DNA of 38,123 nt. It comes from Hyphochytrium catenoides (Eukaryota; Protista; Hyphochytriomycota). The notes beneath the pieces are model-generated. The model saw nothing but the letters and a program-made list of their open reading frames with translations, searched no databases and was not told where the DNA came from. Position numbers and translations under genes: made by a program. Below are positions 1 through 10,880 of the stretch, piece after piece (positions within the stretch are counted from its first letter, which is position 1; each line of letters starts with the position of its first letter). The stretch covers positions 1-38,123 of the forward strand of contig FLMG01003580.1 of assembly GCA_900088475.1 (NCBI GenBank), in the 5' to 3' direction.

Positions 1-579
1 CTCTAGAGCCTTCTCTTTGCTAGCGATATCGTCGCCAGCTTCTCCTTGTGCGATAAAAGTCGAAGAAAGCCAAGAGACCAGATCACACAAGAGAGAGGGG
101 GAGAGGGAAAGAGAACAGAAAAGAAGAGAGACGAGAGCTACTTTAGACAGAGAGGTAGCGAGAGAGAGAGAGAGAGAGAGAAGAGAGAGCTCCAATACAG
201 CTGGAGAGTAGAGAAAAGAAAGAGNNNNNNNNNNNNNNNNNNNNNNNNNNNNNNNNNNNNNNNNNNNNNNNNNNNNNNNGAGAAAGAGAGAGAGAGGGAG
301 AGAGAGGGAGAGAGAGAGAGAGAGAAAAGAGAGGAGAAGAGAAGAGAAGTGTGAGTCATAAGGCGGAGGGTGGTCGCGTAACGACCCGAGCGGCACCTGG
401 GTCGGGCGGTCGCACATCCGACTGACCGTCGTGGATATTAAGAATAACTGCCCTAGGATGCAGTAATATTGGCGCTATATTATAGTGCTATTGAGAATAC
501 GCATGGTCGTAGAGGGAGGCAAACATATTTTAAGCAGAAACACTGTCAACCTCCCTGTAACTAACCAACTGTCATGCAA

Positions 580-580
580 A

Positions 581-618
<38 letters not shown>

Positions 619-621
619 NNN

Positions 622-656
<35 letters not shown>

Positions 657-1376
657 TCTCCCCTCTCTCTCTCTCCACCTGCCTCTCTTTCGTGGGCTCT
701 CTCTCTCACTTTTACCCTTCTCCTCGTCCTGCTGTCTCGTTCTTCTCCTGTGCTCTGGCTTGAGTTGCCACCCATCGAACGCCGCCTCTTTTCTCCTGTC
801 TCGACATTCCCCTTGCGCTACGGCTCGCCATCCTGCAAAGGCACCTCGCCATCTTCTTTCCCAGACAACTGCGCTTTACTTTTCATTCTCTCTCTCTCTC
901 TCTCTTTCTCTCCTCTCCCTATCACCGGCTATCAAAGACCATCAAGATGTCTTTCTCTCTCTCTTCCTCTTTCTTCCTCTCTTTCCGCTCCGATCATCCG
1001 CAGATCATTGTTTTTGCCGTTGTCCTCTCTGCACCGATCGTATTGCTCCTTGCTCTCGTCACTTTTTTCACTGGGGTGACAGCCTCTATCTTGCCTCAGT
1101 GGCCTAGTCTCTCTCTCCCTCCTTCTCTTTCCCTCTTTCTCTTCCTTCTCTCTTCTCTCTCTTTTCTCTCAACGGCACTCCTCTCTCCTGCTCGAGCGGC
1201 CTAAGCCGCGCATCCCCGCAGTGTATAAGTGAAGAGTAAAGGAAGTCTTCCGGGACACTCATTTCAAGAATCTCTCTCTCTCCGGTCATCGGCTCTTCTT
1301 CCTCTCCCTGTCGTCTCTCTCTGTTCATCACTCTCTTCTCTCTCTCTTCCTTTCTTTTCTCTATCTCCTTCTTCCC
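580..1376 (+). repeat. (CT)n-rich low-complexity region upstream of the syntaxin gene
   Basis: Perfect and imperfect CT microsatellites, including an N gap at 619-621. Confidence 0.9.
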
Positions 1377-1383
1377 GGTAAGA

Positions 1384-1571
1384 ATGGGCGCCAAAGAGAA
1401 GGCAGCGACCAAGGAAGAGATGAAGCTGGACACTCTGGATGACGTGAGAGCTGGGTTGCAGAGCTTGCAGACCCTGGTGCACTCCGTGAGAGATGAGATT
1501 CGGGCGAAAGGAGGTAAGATTGAAAGAGATCAGATGCGCAAGCTAAAAGAGAGAGANNNNNNNNNNNNNNN

Positions 1572-1605
<34 letters not shown>

Positions 1606-2714
1606 GGGGACATTGAGTCTTGCTGGCATTCTCCGCAGTATCTCTTTCTATCATTCTGTTGGAAGCTCTCTTAAGTTTATGCGTCTCTTTCTCTTCCTTT
1701 TCGTCAATCTCTGTCGCTCTCTCCTTCCTCCCGTGCTCTCTTCCTCTTATCCGTTCGTCCCTCTGTCTCACTCTTCTCTCTCTCTCTCTCTCCCCCATAG
1801 ACGAGCCGGGTTGCAAGGACCGCATCAAGCCGAAGGTGAAGGAAGCTCACGGTCAGGCGCAGCAGCTCGTGAAATATTTTCAACAGCACGGAGACAGCCG
1901 GGACCCAGCCTTCAAAACGCTGACCAGCGATTTTTACGCGATAATGGAAGACTTCCAGCGCGTGCACAAGCAGGCGGCCGAGCTCAAGCTCAAGGCAGGA
2001 GGAAGAGCCTCCCCCACGAAGAAGGCAGGGAAGTCAGAGGAGGAGCAGCCTAAAGGTAAGCCAATGATCTCTCTCTCTCCTTCTTTCTCTCCATCTCTCT
2101 CTCGTTTTTTCTCTCTCATGCCTTGGTTATGCTGTTATTCAGACATCCCACTCCCTCTCTCTCTCTTCTCTAATCCTCGCCTCTTTCTATCCGCTAAGTC
2201 CCGTACTTGCCGTGCGGGAGAGTCTCTCTCTCTCTCTCTTCACCGCTAATCTTTGGCATTTTCTCTCAGCCTTCTCTCCCTAAGTCACATGTGTGGCTTC
2301 TGCTTCTTCTCACCCACCTACCGGCTCTCTCTCTCCCTCTCTCTCTCTTTCTCCCTAACAACAGAAGAGCTCCAGATCGAGATCAAGATGGATGAGATTC
2401 AGTTCAAAGCTGTGGACGTGACAGAGTCTAAAGACAACGCTGACGTCTCAGCCGAGATCGTCCAGAGCATGCAAGAGCTGCAGGAGCTGGCCATCCGAGT
2501 GGACGACGCGATAAAGACAGACGGGAAGAAGATTGACCAGATTGAAGAGAGAGTTGGAGGGACAAAGTCAACGGCGGAGAGGACGAAGAAGATGTTAGAA
2601 GAGGCAGAGGCGCAGCAGAGAGCGGCGCGGCTGAAGCAGACGATGCTTATTGCCGCGGTGCTAGTGATCATCGCCATCATTGTGATTATCATCGTTATCT
2701 CTGTGGACAACTAG
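1384..2714 (+). CDS. Syntaxin-like (Qa) SNARE, ~244 aa, 3 exons (1384-1513, 1801-2055, 2365-2714)
   Basis: GT-AG introns join in frame. The N-terminal region is helical and Habc-like. The SNARE motif SAEIVQSMQELQELAIRVDDAIKTDGKKIDQIEERV...LEEAEAQQRAAR aligns by eye with syntaxin-7/PEP12-type ...MIHEQGDVIDSIEANV. There is a C-terminal tail anchor (MLIAAVLVIIAIIVIIIVISV) and a TAG stop. Intron 2 has a CTAAC branch point just before the acceptor. Confidence 0.85.
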
Positions 2715-3239
2715 AGAGAGAGACAAGAGGGTGAAAGGTGGAGAGAGATGCTGGTAGTCTTCCTTCTCTCTCTCTTTTCCACTCTCTCTGGAGAGGCAGT
2801 TGTTCTCTCTTTTCCGCTCCCTCAAAACTATTGACACGAATAAAGAGGTCTGTTGTTTGACGTGACAAGGCATTGCGCAGTAGATAGCAAGGGCAGAGGA
2901 TAAGAGGGGAGAAGAGAGAGAGAGAGGGACAGAGGAGAGAGAGAGAAGGGAGAGAGGGACAGCGAAAGTGACTGAGAGAAAAGAGAGGGAGAGGGAGAGA
3001 TTGACGTCCAAAGATGCAGGGAAAGAAGAGAGATGGTTGGCCTCTATCCAAAGTACTGGGCATACATTAACCACTGCCAGATGAGAGGTCCTGTCCAATG
3101 ACTTTTCCTTTTCGTTGTCTCTTTTCAAGTTTGTCTGTCTTCTCTCTTCTCTCTCTTTTCCCTTAGATCCCATCGCTTCTTGGGCGCAGTGCGGCGTCCA
3201 TCCGTCAGCCTCTACTTTCCCCAAATGCTTCCTTCTCAT

Positions 3240-3712
3240 CATTCTCTCTGACTACTCTTCGCGCCTCTCTTCTCCTCTTCTCTCCTCTTCTCTTCTCTCC
3301 TCTTCTCTCCTCTTCTCTTCTTTCCTTCCTCTCCTCTCCCCTTCTCTTTCTTCCTTTGTGTCCGCGTGCTCTGCCTCTACACGTCTGGAGGCGTCGCTTC
3401 CTCACGCCTCCAGGTCCACAGAGCTTCTCCTCTCTCTCTCTCTCTTTCCTCACTCTCTTTTCTCTCTCTCTTTTCTCTCTCTCTCTCCTGCCCTCCTCTC
3501 TCGCTCTCTCTTCTGCTCTCTCTCTTTCCCTCTTTCCTGGCAACAGCTTCTCATCAAGCTTGAAATATAATAATCCTACTTGAAAAGGTATTTTTGTGAT
3601 GAGTTGAGCTTTCTTGTATTTCAGGTTTAGGCCATAAAGGAAAGGACTCCTTTAGACAGTTTGAGAGGTTAGAATATTACGATCTCATGAAGATTTTGTG
3701 ATAGCGGTTGGG

Positions 3713-3792
<80 letters not shown>

Positions 3793-4082
3793 GAGAAAAG
3801 AGAGAAGAGAGAGAGAGGAAGAAAAAAAAAGGGGCAATGTTGTCCGAAGGAAAGAAGAGAAGAGACCGGAAACAGAGTGCAGTACGAGGCAGATTGAGAG
3901 GCGGAAGACAGTGTGGGAGAGAGAGAGGACAAAGAGAATGAGGAAGAGACAGAGACAGTGAGAGAGGTTTCTCGAAGACAGGGGAGGAGAGACAGAAGAG
4001 AGAAGACAGAGAAGTGCTCCGGGAGGAAGAGGGGGGAGAGAGATGGAGAGAGAGAGAGAGAGAGATGGAAGAGAGAGGGACA
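3240..4082. repeat. Intergenic (CT)n block (~3240-3540) and (GA)n block (~3716-4082)
   Basis: Directly visible microsatellite tracts between the syntaxin and MYB genes. Confidence 0.9.
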
Positions 4083-4518
4083 AGATGAGTGCCATGCGAC
4101 CAAAAGCTGCCGTCATCGCAAATTTTATTGCCCCTTCAACCTCAGCTGAGCCGCTGCCGTCGATGCCCTAAGATAATAACAGCAGAGACAGAGCTCTCAC
4201 AGACCAACGCAAGACAAAGGAAACCCTTACTCAAAGAGAGAGAGAGAGAGAGAAAGAATGTGCTGAACTTGCTGCGGCTCTAGAGGGAGGAAGTTTTTGC
4301 TAACAGGAACGTCGCTAGCTGGAAGAGACAGGGAGAGAAAGAAGAAGCGCTCAACGGCTTGCTCCCATCTCTTTCTCTCTCTCTCGGTCAACAGCCCCAA
4401 CGGGCGCCCTTCAGAGCGATGAACCAAAATCTTCGCTGTCAGCGCGGTTAGAGAGATAGTCAAGAAAGAGAGAGAGACAGAGATTGTCTGCAGTAATAGG
4501 AGAGAGAGAGAGAGCTCA

Positions 4519-4823
4519 ATGCCCTACCTTCCCGTCAGCGCCCTCATCGCAGGCCGTGCGCAACAATCGAAGGGAGGGAAGAGCTCTGGTCTAGGAGAAG
4601 AGAGAGAAGAAGAAGAGACAACGAGCGCGCAAAGTCAGTTGGGCACCGCGGCCTGCTCCTCTCCTGGCAGTCCCAGTCCTGCTTTAAGCAAGGATAATAG
4701 CGAGAGCTCTCCCTCGCTGCCGCACAAGGGGAAATGGACCGCGGAAGAGGTCAGTTACAGAGAGGAGAGAGACAGATTGAGGCGAGCGATCGTCTGTCTG
4801 TCTGTCTCTCTCTCTGTCGTCTT

Positions 4824-4871
<48 letters not shown>

Positions 4872-6874
4872 ACTCTTTCTCTCTCTCTCCGTTGCGTTAC
4901 TCTCTAGGACGAGATTCTCCGCCACGCGGTGAAGAAATATAAGGGAAAGCAATGGAAGGCAATCGCCTCAATGCTCTGCGGGAGGACAGACGTCCAGTGT
5001 CTTCACCGCTGGCAGAAAGTTCTGAAGCCTGGACTGATGAAAGGCCCATGGACCAAAGAGGTAAGGGGATGAAAAGAGAGAGACAAAGAGCGAGAAGACT
5101 GCGAGAGAGAGAGGGGACCAGAGACGAGAATTGGAAAGTAGGCTTCGAGATGCAAGAACAGAGAGTGGAAGGCAGAGAAAGAGAGAGGGAGAGAGAGAGA
5201 GAGAGCTCTCTTGACGCCTTCTAGCTCTTCTCTCTCTTTCTCTCCCTCCCTCTCTGTCCCCTCACGTCCGCTTTCGCTCCCCTCTCTCGGTTGTATGTAG
5301 GAGGACGACTTCGTGATACAGTTGGTGCAGAAATATGGCACTAAACAATGGTCAGAGATCGCTGGCGAACTCAACACTGGGAGACTAGGCAAGCAGTGCA
5401 GAGAGAGGTGAGGTGATGGATGGTCTCTCTCTGTTCTCTCTCTCTCTCTCTATTTCTCTCGATTTTTATGTCTGTTTTTTTTCCTATGACTAGGTTATCA
5501 GACAGTCTGTTTGTCCTTGAGATATGACTCTCTGCCTAAGCCGAGTCACGGCTGACGTCCACCTTTCTTTTATCGGGCTTACTGCTCACCCTCTCTCTTC
5601 CTCTCTCTCTCTTTCTCTCTCTTTCTCACACATACAGGTGGGTAAACCATCTCAACCCTGGGCTTAAGAAGTGCGAGTGGACGGAAGAAGAAGACCGAAT
5701 TCTCATACAAGCGCATCAGAGGTATGGCAACCGCTGGGCCAAGATTGCTACGCTTCTGAAAGGAAGAAGCGATAACGCGGTAAAGAATAGATGGAACTCT
5801 TCCCTGAGGCGGAGAGAGTTTGAACTCTCAGCAGCCGGGTCGGAAGGTTTGAGTGGAGGGGCAGGAAGTGAGGGAGAGCCAGGACTCGATACACTGCTAA
5901 AGCAAGGTAGCAGCTCTCTCTCGCTCTCTCTCTCTCTGGGTTCGTCCTCTCTTCTCTCTTACTCCCGCTAAGCTTTCTTGTGAAGAGTTGCTATCTGTGC
6001 CGAGGTCCCATCTTATGGACTTCTCTTCGGTTCCCCTGACGGTTGACCTTCTTCCATAATCTCTCGTTCTTCCTACATTTATTCCTGTTGCAGAGTCACA
6101 AGTGTTTGGGGCCGGGCGCGGTCTGTCGAGTTTAGAAGGAAAGGGTAGGTTTTTGAGTCTCTCCTTTCTCTCGCTGCTTCTAAGTTTCTTGCTAGTTAGT
6201 AGACGTGAGAGCTCATATGATTCTTTTTCTTTCTTCGCAGAAGAGGATCTGCGGGCGAGCTCATGTCCCATACATTCCCGCGACCAGCTAGAGCCTCCCT
6301 GCACCTGCCTCATGAAGAAAAGGTCGAGCCACCTGCTCCGTGGTTTTGCTTTCTACTTCTCTCTCCGTTTCTCTTGCTCTCTCTCTCTCTCTTCTCTGCG
6401 TGTGTGTCCTCCTCTTTGCTCTCTATGTGTAGTTCCCTTCTTTCTCTGTGTGTTCTTGCACTTGTTCCGAAGTGAAAACTCTCATGGTGTACCTTTTGGC
6501 TTCAAACTCTCTGTCTTTATCTCTCCTTCACAAGTGTACAGAAGTTTCTTCTGCTCGCTTTTCTGTTGGTCAACTCTGCCCTGATCTCTCTCTTTCTCCA
6601 TCCGTTGGCACACCTCAGGAAACTCGAGCTTCCGCCCACAAGCAGCATAAGTCCGCCTCTCTCTGGACGAACTGATCTACCTTCTCCAGCGCCTGCGCCT
6701 CCTTCAGCCTCTTCCTCTGCCTCTTCTACCTCACCTTCGTCTCCTTTCCCAGCCAAAGAGCGCGTTCATCCTCTGAAGAGAGAAGAAAGAGAGAGGGGGA
6801 GAGAGCGACAGAGTCCATTCTTTCCTAGTATACTGAAGAAGAGACGGCGTGCTCCCTCCTCACACCCATCGTAG
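4519..6874 (+). CDS. MYB3R: Three-repeat (R1R2R3) MYB transcription factor, ~382 aa; exons 4519-4749, 4908-5060, 5301-5407, 5638-5906, 6094-6144, 6241-6322, 6619-6874
   Basis: The spliced translation gives R1 KGKWTAEEDEILRHAVKKYKGKQWKAIASMLCGRTDVQCLHRWQKVL, R2 KGPWTKEEDDFVIQLVQKYGTKQWSEIAGELNTGRLGKQCRERWVNHL and R3 KCEWTEEEDRILIQAHQRYGNRWAKIATLLKGRSDNAVKNRWNSSLRR. The last exon contains PSILKKRRR, as in the conserved region of 3R-MYBs. The start codon and exons 5-6 are less certain than the DNA-binding domain. Confidence 0.92.
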
Positions 6875-7043
6875 CATAAACAAGTGTACCACTGAGCTAA
6901 CTTAGATACAAAGTTATTTATTCTCCCCCATGAGACAAAAGAAGCCCAGGCGGTGACGATTTCAAGCGTGTGAAGAGGATAGACGAAANNNNNNNNNNNN
7001 NNNNNNNNNNNNNNNNNNNNNNAGAGGGGAAGGCAGACGGGTA

Positions 7044-9887
7044 CTAAACTCTATTCTTTCTGTCTCGTCTTCCCTGAAGTAGCCAGGTTTTCTCTTCTTC
7101 ATTCTCCAGCACCCCCCATAACAGGGGAACAAATGTGGCAACAACGATCTAGGGGCAAAAGAAGTGGTAAGTAAGGTTTGGCGAGACAAGGAAATAGAGA
7201 GAAAGCCTCAAAGGGAACCTAAGAAGGTCAGGCTAACCATAAGGTCTGGGATAAGCGTCTATCTATCGCTCACGCAATGCACCAGCGTCCGATGCTAGCA
7301 GCAGATCTCAGAGAACCAAGCAAAGCTGAAGAACAGGAAAAGAGGGAGATAGAGCCGGCGACTGGCGAAGAGGAAGAGCAAACTGACCTCAAAGAAGAAA
7401 GTAAGAAGGAGAAGTATGGTGGAAAGCGTGGGGAGCTGTTCCACAGTGTTGGCAACGAAGTCTTGGCCTGGTATGGAGTCCCAAGTGATCCATGTCACCA
7501 GAGAGGTGACGATATGAAGAGTGGACGCTGCAAGCCACACATACCAGACCTGAATCAGACACAACAGGGCGGCGAGTGAGATACGAGGAGAGGGTGTGTG
7601 CGAGAGAAAGAGAGAGAGAGGAAAGAGAACGAGGGGTTTATCAGAAATGTAGCGGGGCCCAGCGTGGAAGCAGAAACAGTCACGAGAAAGAGCTGTGTAA
7701 AGCTGAGTAGCAGTAGACAGAGTCCATGAGATATAGATGGCAGAGAGGAAGAGAAGGACACCTTGGACAGAGAGCTCGAGAGCAGCTAATAGAGCTCGAG
7801 AGCAGCTAACAGAGGGAGAGAGGAGCGCTAGAGAGAGCAAGAAGACGCCGAGAACCTGTTTGAGAGGCCGCGACTCTTCTGTAGTTAGTGCTCTTAAGCC
7901 CAGTATGGACCCAGTGAGCAGAAACGCTCCCGCAAGGAGTAGGAGATAGCCCATCCTTCCCCTGCCGCCAGTGGACCATAAAGAGGTCACGCCAGCCGCG
8001 ATATTGCAGAGCGCAAAGCCCTGTAAGATAGATCACAATCGAAAGAGGACACCTATCTTAGGCAGGTGGGGAGTAATGGATGTAACGCCCTCTATAGAGG
8101 TGAAAGAGAGGCACTAGATCATGGAACTAGACAAGAAACACTCAGCCAGAAGGATCAGGGCGGTGAAGGGAAGAGAAAACGCGAGAAACACGAGCAGATA
8201 CGGGTAGACGGTCCTCGCACAACGCGTAGCACTCTCTGCCCCTTACCAGGCAGAAGCAGATCAGCAGCTTCAGTGCTCTTTGAAGAAGACTCGTGTCTCG
8301 AAGGAATCGACAGGACTCACGAGGGAGTAACGCCCAGCAAAATGGCAGCTTCTCCTGCTCTAGTCTGCTTTTCCCTATTTCTTCCCGCCTGATCTCGAGG
8401 ACCAGCTTGCCGAAAGCTTCCTCTGCATTGGATCCCATAAGTGAAAGAGAGTCCATGACAGACAATAGGCAAGGGAAACCAAGTGGCGACAAGTAGCAAA
8501 GGACAGGCAAGCTCCAAGGGAAACTGACTAAGCGCCCCTTGCTAAAGTGCTGAGCCGTACGTTCGGTAGTCAACGGAAGAATGAGGGGCACGTCATGCAA
8601 AAAAGCAAAAAAGAAATGAAGCTTTAAGACGAAGATAGCACGCGGGCATTGTTAGCTGAGTGGGCAACCGTACCAATGTTTCTGTTCTTCTTCGCCGAGC
8701 ATTCCATAAAAGGGCAGTCCCATTTCTCCGCTAGCTGCTGGCCCTCCGACGTGCTTACTTGCCTACATACCACGGCCAAAGAGACAACAGGAGAGAGCGT
8801 ACAGGGCAAGACAAAGGAAGTGTAGTCAGCTGTATGTTTAGCGACGGGTGATCTCCTCAAAGCTCTGAGGCCCTAACCTGTCGCTCTCCAGGTCGCACTT
8901 GTTGCCCACAAGGACTCTGGCGACGTTATTGGTACCCATATAACTGGTCAGAAGCTTATCGTTGATATACTTGACCACCTCAAAGGAATGCCTGTAGAAC
9001 ACGGACATGAGGGCGTGGATTCAAGGGAAGACGCCAATTATCATGGAATGTAGGGCATGAGAGGAGGAAAGGGATTGAGTTGGCAGGTATGATTTCTCTT
9101 CAGAGATAGAGCGCCTAGCAGTGGCTGAGGTCCGAGAGACAAAAGGAAAAACCGCAAAAAAGACACCAGCGCAGCCCGCACCTCGGAGAAGTGAACGATA
9201 TTTGAGGTAGCTAGGAAGAAGAGAGAAAGAAGACGCATAATTTGAGGTGATTAAGAAGTAGGGCGTGGACTTGACATCGTACGAGAAAGTTGAACGGAGC
9301 AGGAGGCGGCAAGTGACCAGGACATGGACGGGCAATCGAGCTGAGATAGCAGAAAGGACGAGAGAAAGTCCATTGTCGCGCTAGAACTGTACCTGTTATC
9401 TACGGAGTAGACCAACAGATAACCATGGAACCCAACCGCAAGGCGCGGGTGAAGGACTGTACTCTCGTCCTAAGATCAATAGCAAGGTCAAGAGAAGGAA
9501 CTAGGATGACTTGAGCCGTACAAGGGCAGGCACACAGTTAGAAGAGTAAGGAGAAACTACGTTCATAGGCTGAGAAGGAGCTTGAAGAGAGAGGGCCAAT
9601 TGGCCACTGCCGTCGGTCCATTGCAAAGACGGCAAAGATACACCAGGAATATGATGATGAAGAGGATCAAGGCTCAAGAGAAAGCGTGGCAGACGAAGAA
9701 AGAGTGATAGTGTAGCCTCTAACCTGGCCCGATGTGTCATGGATGGTTATCTCTAAAGGTTGTCCTCTGTATCGGATGGTCTTTTGAAAAGTATTTTCTG
9801 CAGAGATGAAGATTAGAAGAGAAACGTATAGAGAAAAAGAGAAGAACCAGAGAGAGAGAGAAAAAAAGAGAGAGAAACAGAGACAAG

Positions 9888-9945
<58 letters not shown>

Positions 9946-10276
9946 ACGGAGAGAGAAAGAGGAGGTATGAGAGAGGGAGAGCGCGAGAGAGGAAGACAGG
10001 CTTGCACTCTACAAAGAACGTACCTATGGTAGGATGATACGCTTCTGCAAACCATCCATCAACGTACTGGATGGTCACCGCTGACTTGCCTAGCCGAGCA
10101 AGAACAGGGAGCGATATGAGAAGGACTAGAGATGATTCTGCTTAACGAGAGCAGTGCAAAAGGGACAAAGGAAGAAGCACGCTAGGCTAAAGATAATTAA
10201 GGGAGAAAGGGGCACAGGGTTGCTCACCCACGCCTCGATAGCCGAGGACGGCGACTGAGCGGCCGTAGGTCTTCAT
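7044..10276 (-). CDS. RHEB: Rheb-family small GTPase with four C-terminal transmembrane helices (Rheb-TM type), ~358 aa; exons 10276-10228, 10089-10024, 9797-9724, 9469-9393, 8991-8878, 8762-8674, 8422-8247, 8020-7856, 7549-7388, 7148-7044
   Basis: G1 is GYRGVGKS, with the Rheb-diagnostic Arg at the Ras G12 position. Other motifs: effector loop YHPTIENTF, G3 DTSGQ, VGFHGYLLVYS, G4 NKCD, G5 CSAK. There is no CaaX. The frame continues through GT-AG exons into four hydrophobic segments and ends ...RKNRV*. Exon phases sum to 1077 nt. Confidence 0.88.
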
Positions 10277-10655
10277 TCTGCTTGACCGATGTGTCGGCGT
10301 CTCACGCAAGTCTGGCTCCGGGGAGGAGTTGGCTTGCACAAACACCATGAGTCACGACAAGCTCTAGTGGAGGCCAGCGATCGAGCATTGAGCTCGGAGC
10401 CTGCCTTCAGCAACAGCGCGGATCCGCAGGCTTACTTTTTNNNNNNNNNNNNNNNNNNNNNNNNNNNNNNNNNNNNNNNNNNNNNNNNNNNNNNNNNNNN
10501 GGATTTGGACTTCCGGATGCTGTTGAAAGGCACGTTGTCAAGCCATCAGAAGGTCAACTTCACGTCCAACGCTGTCCGTCCTTCCATTGCACTTGCCATG
10601 CGAGTGACAAGGAGCAGCATGATGGACAACGCGACCGAAGTGGGCCGATCTGGGT

Positions 10656-10880
10656 GAGAGAGAGAGGAAAGAGAGAGAGAGCAAAAAGCAGAGAAGAGAA
10701 GAGAGAGAGAAAGAGAAGAGAGAGAGAGAAGAGAGAAAGAGAAGAGGGAAGAGAAGAGAGAGAAAGAGAAGGGAGAGAGAGAGGAGAGAGAGAGGAGAGA
10801 GAGAGAGAGAGAGAGAGTGAGAGAGAGAAAGAGAGAGAAAGAATGAGAGAAAGAGAGAGCAAGAGCGAGAGAGGGAAGAG
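10656..10880. repeat. (GA)n microsatellite in the Rheb-TM/FANCI divergent intergenic region
   Basis: A ~220 bp purine tract. On the minus strand it is a polypyrimidine tract ending in CACCCAG, which looks like a splice acceptor. Confidence 0.9.

Noticed and set aside
17-4463. Many ERERER / SLSLSL ORFs here and elsewhere in the ORF track
   Set aside because: They are translations of (GA)n/(CT)n microsatellites, which lack stop codons; no domain content.
7295-7990. Stand-alone 231 aa membrane protein ORF
   Set aside because: It has no ATG at the predicted start and is better explained as exons 8-9 of the Rheb-TM gene plus intron sequence.
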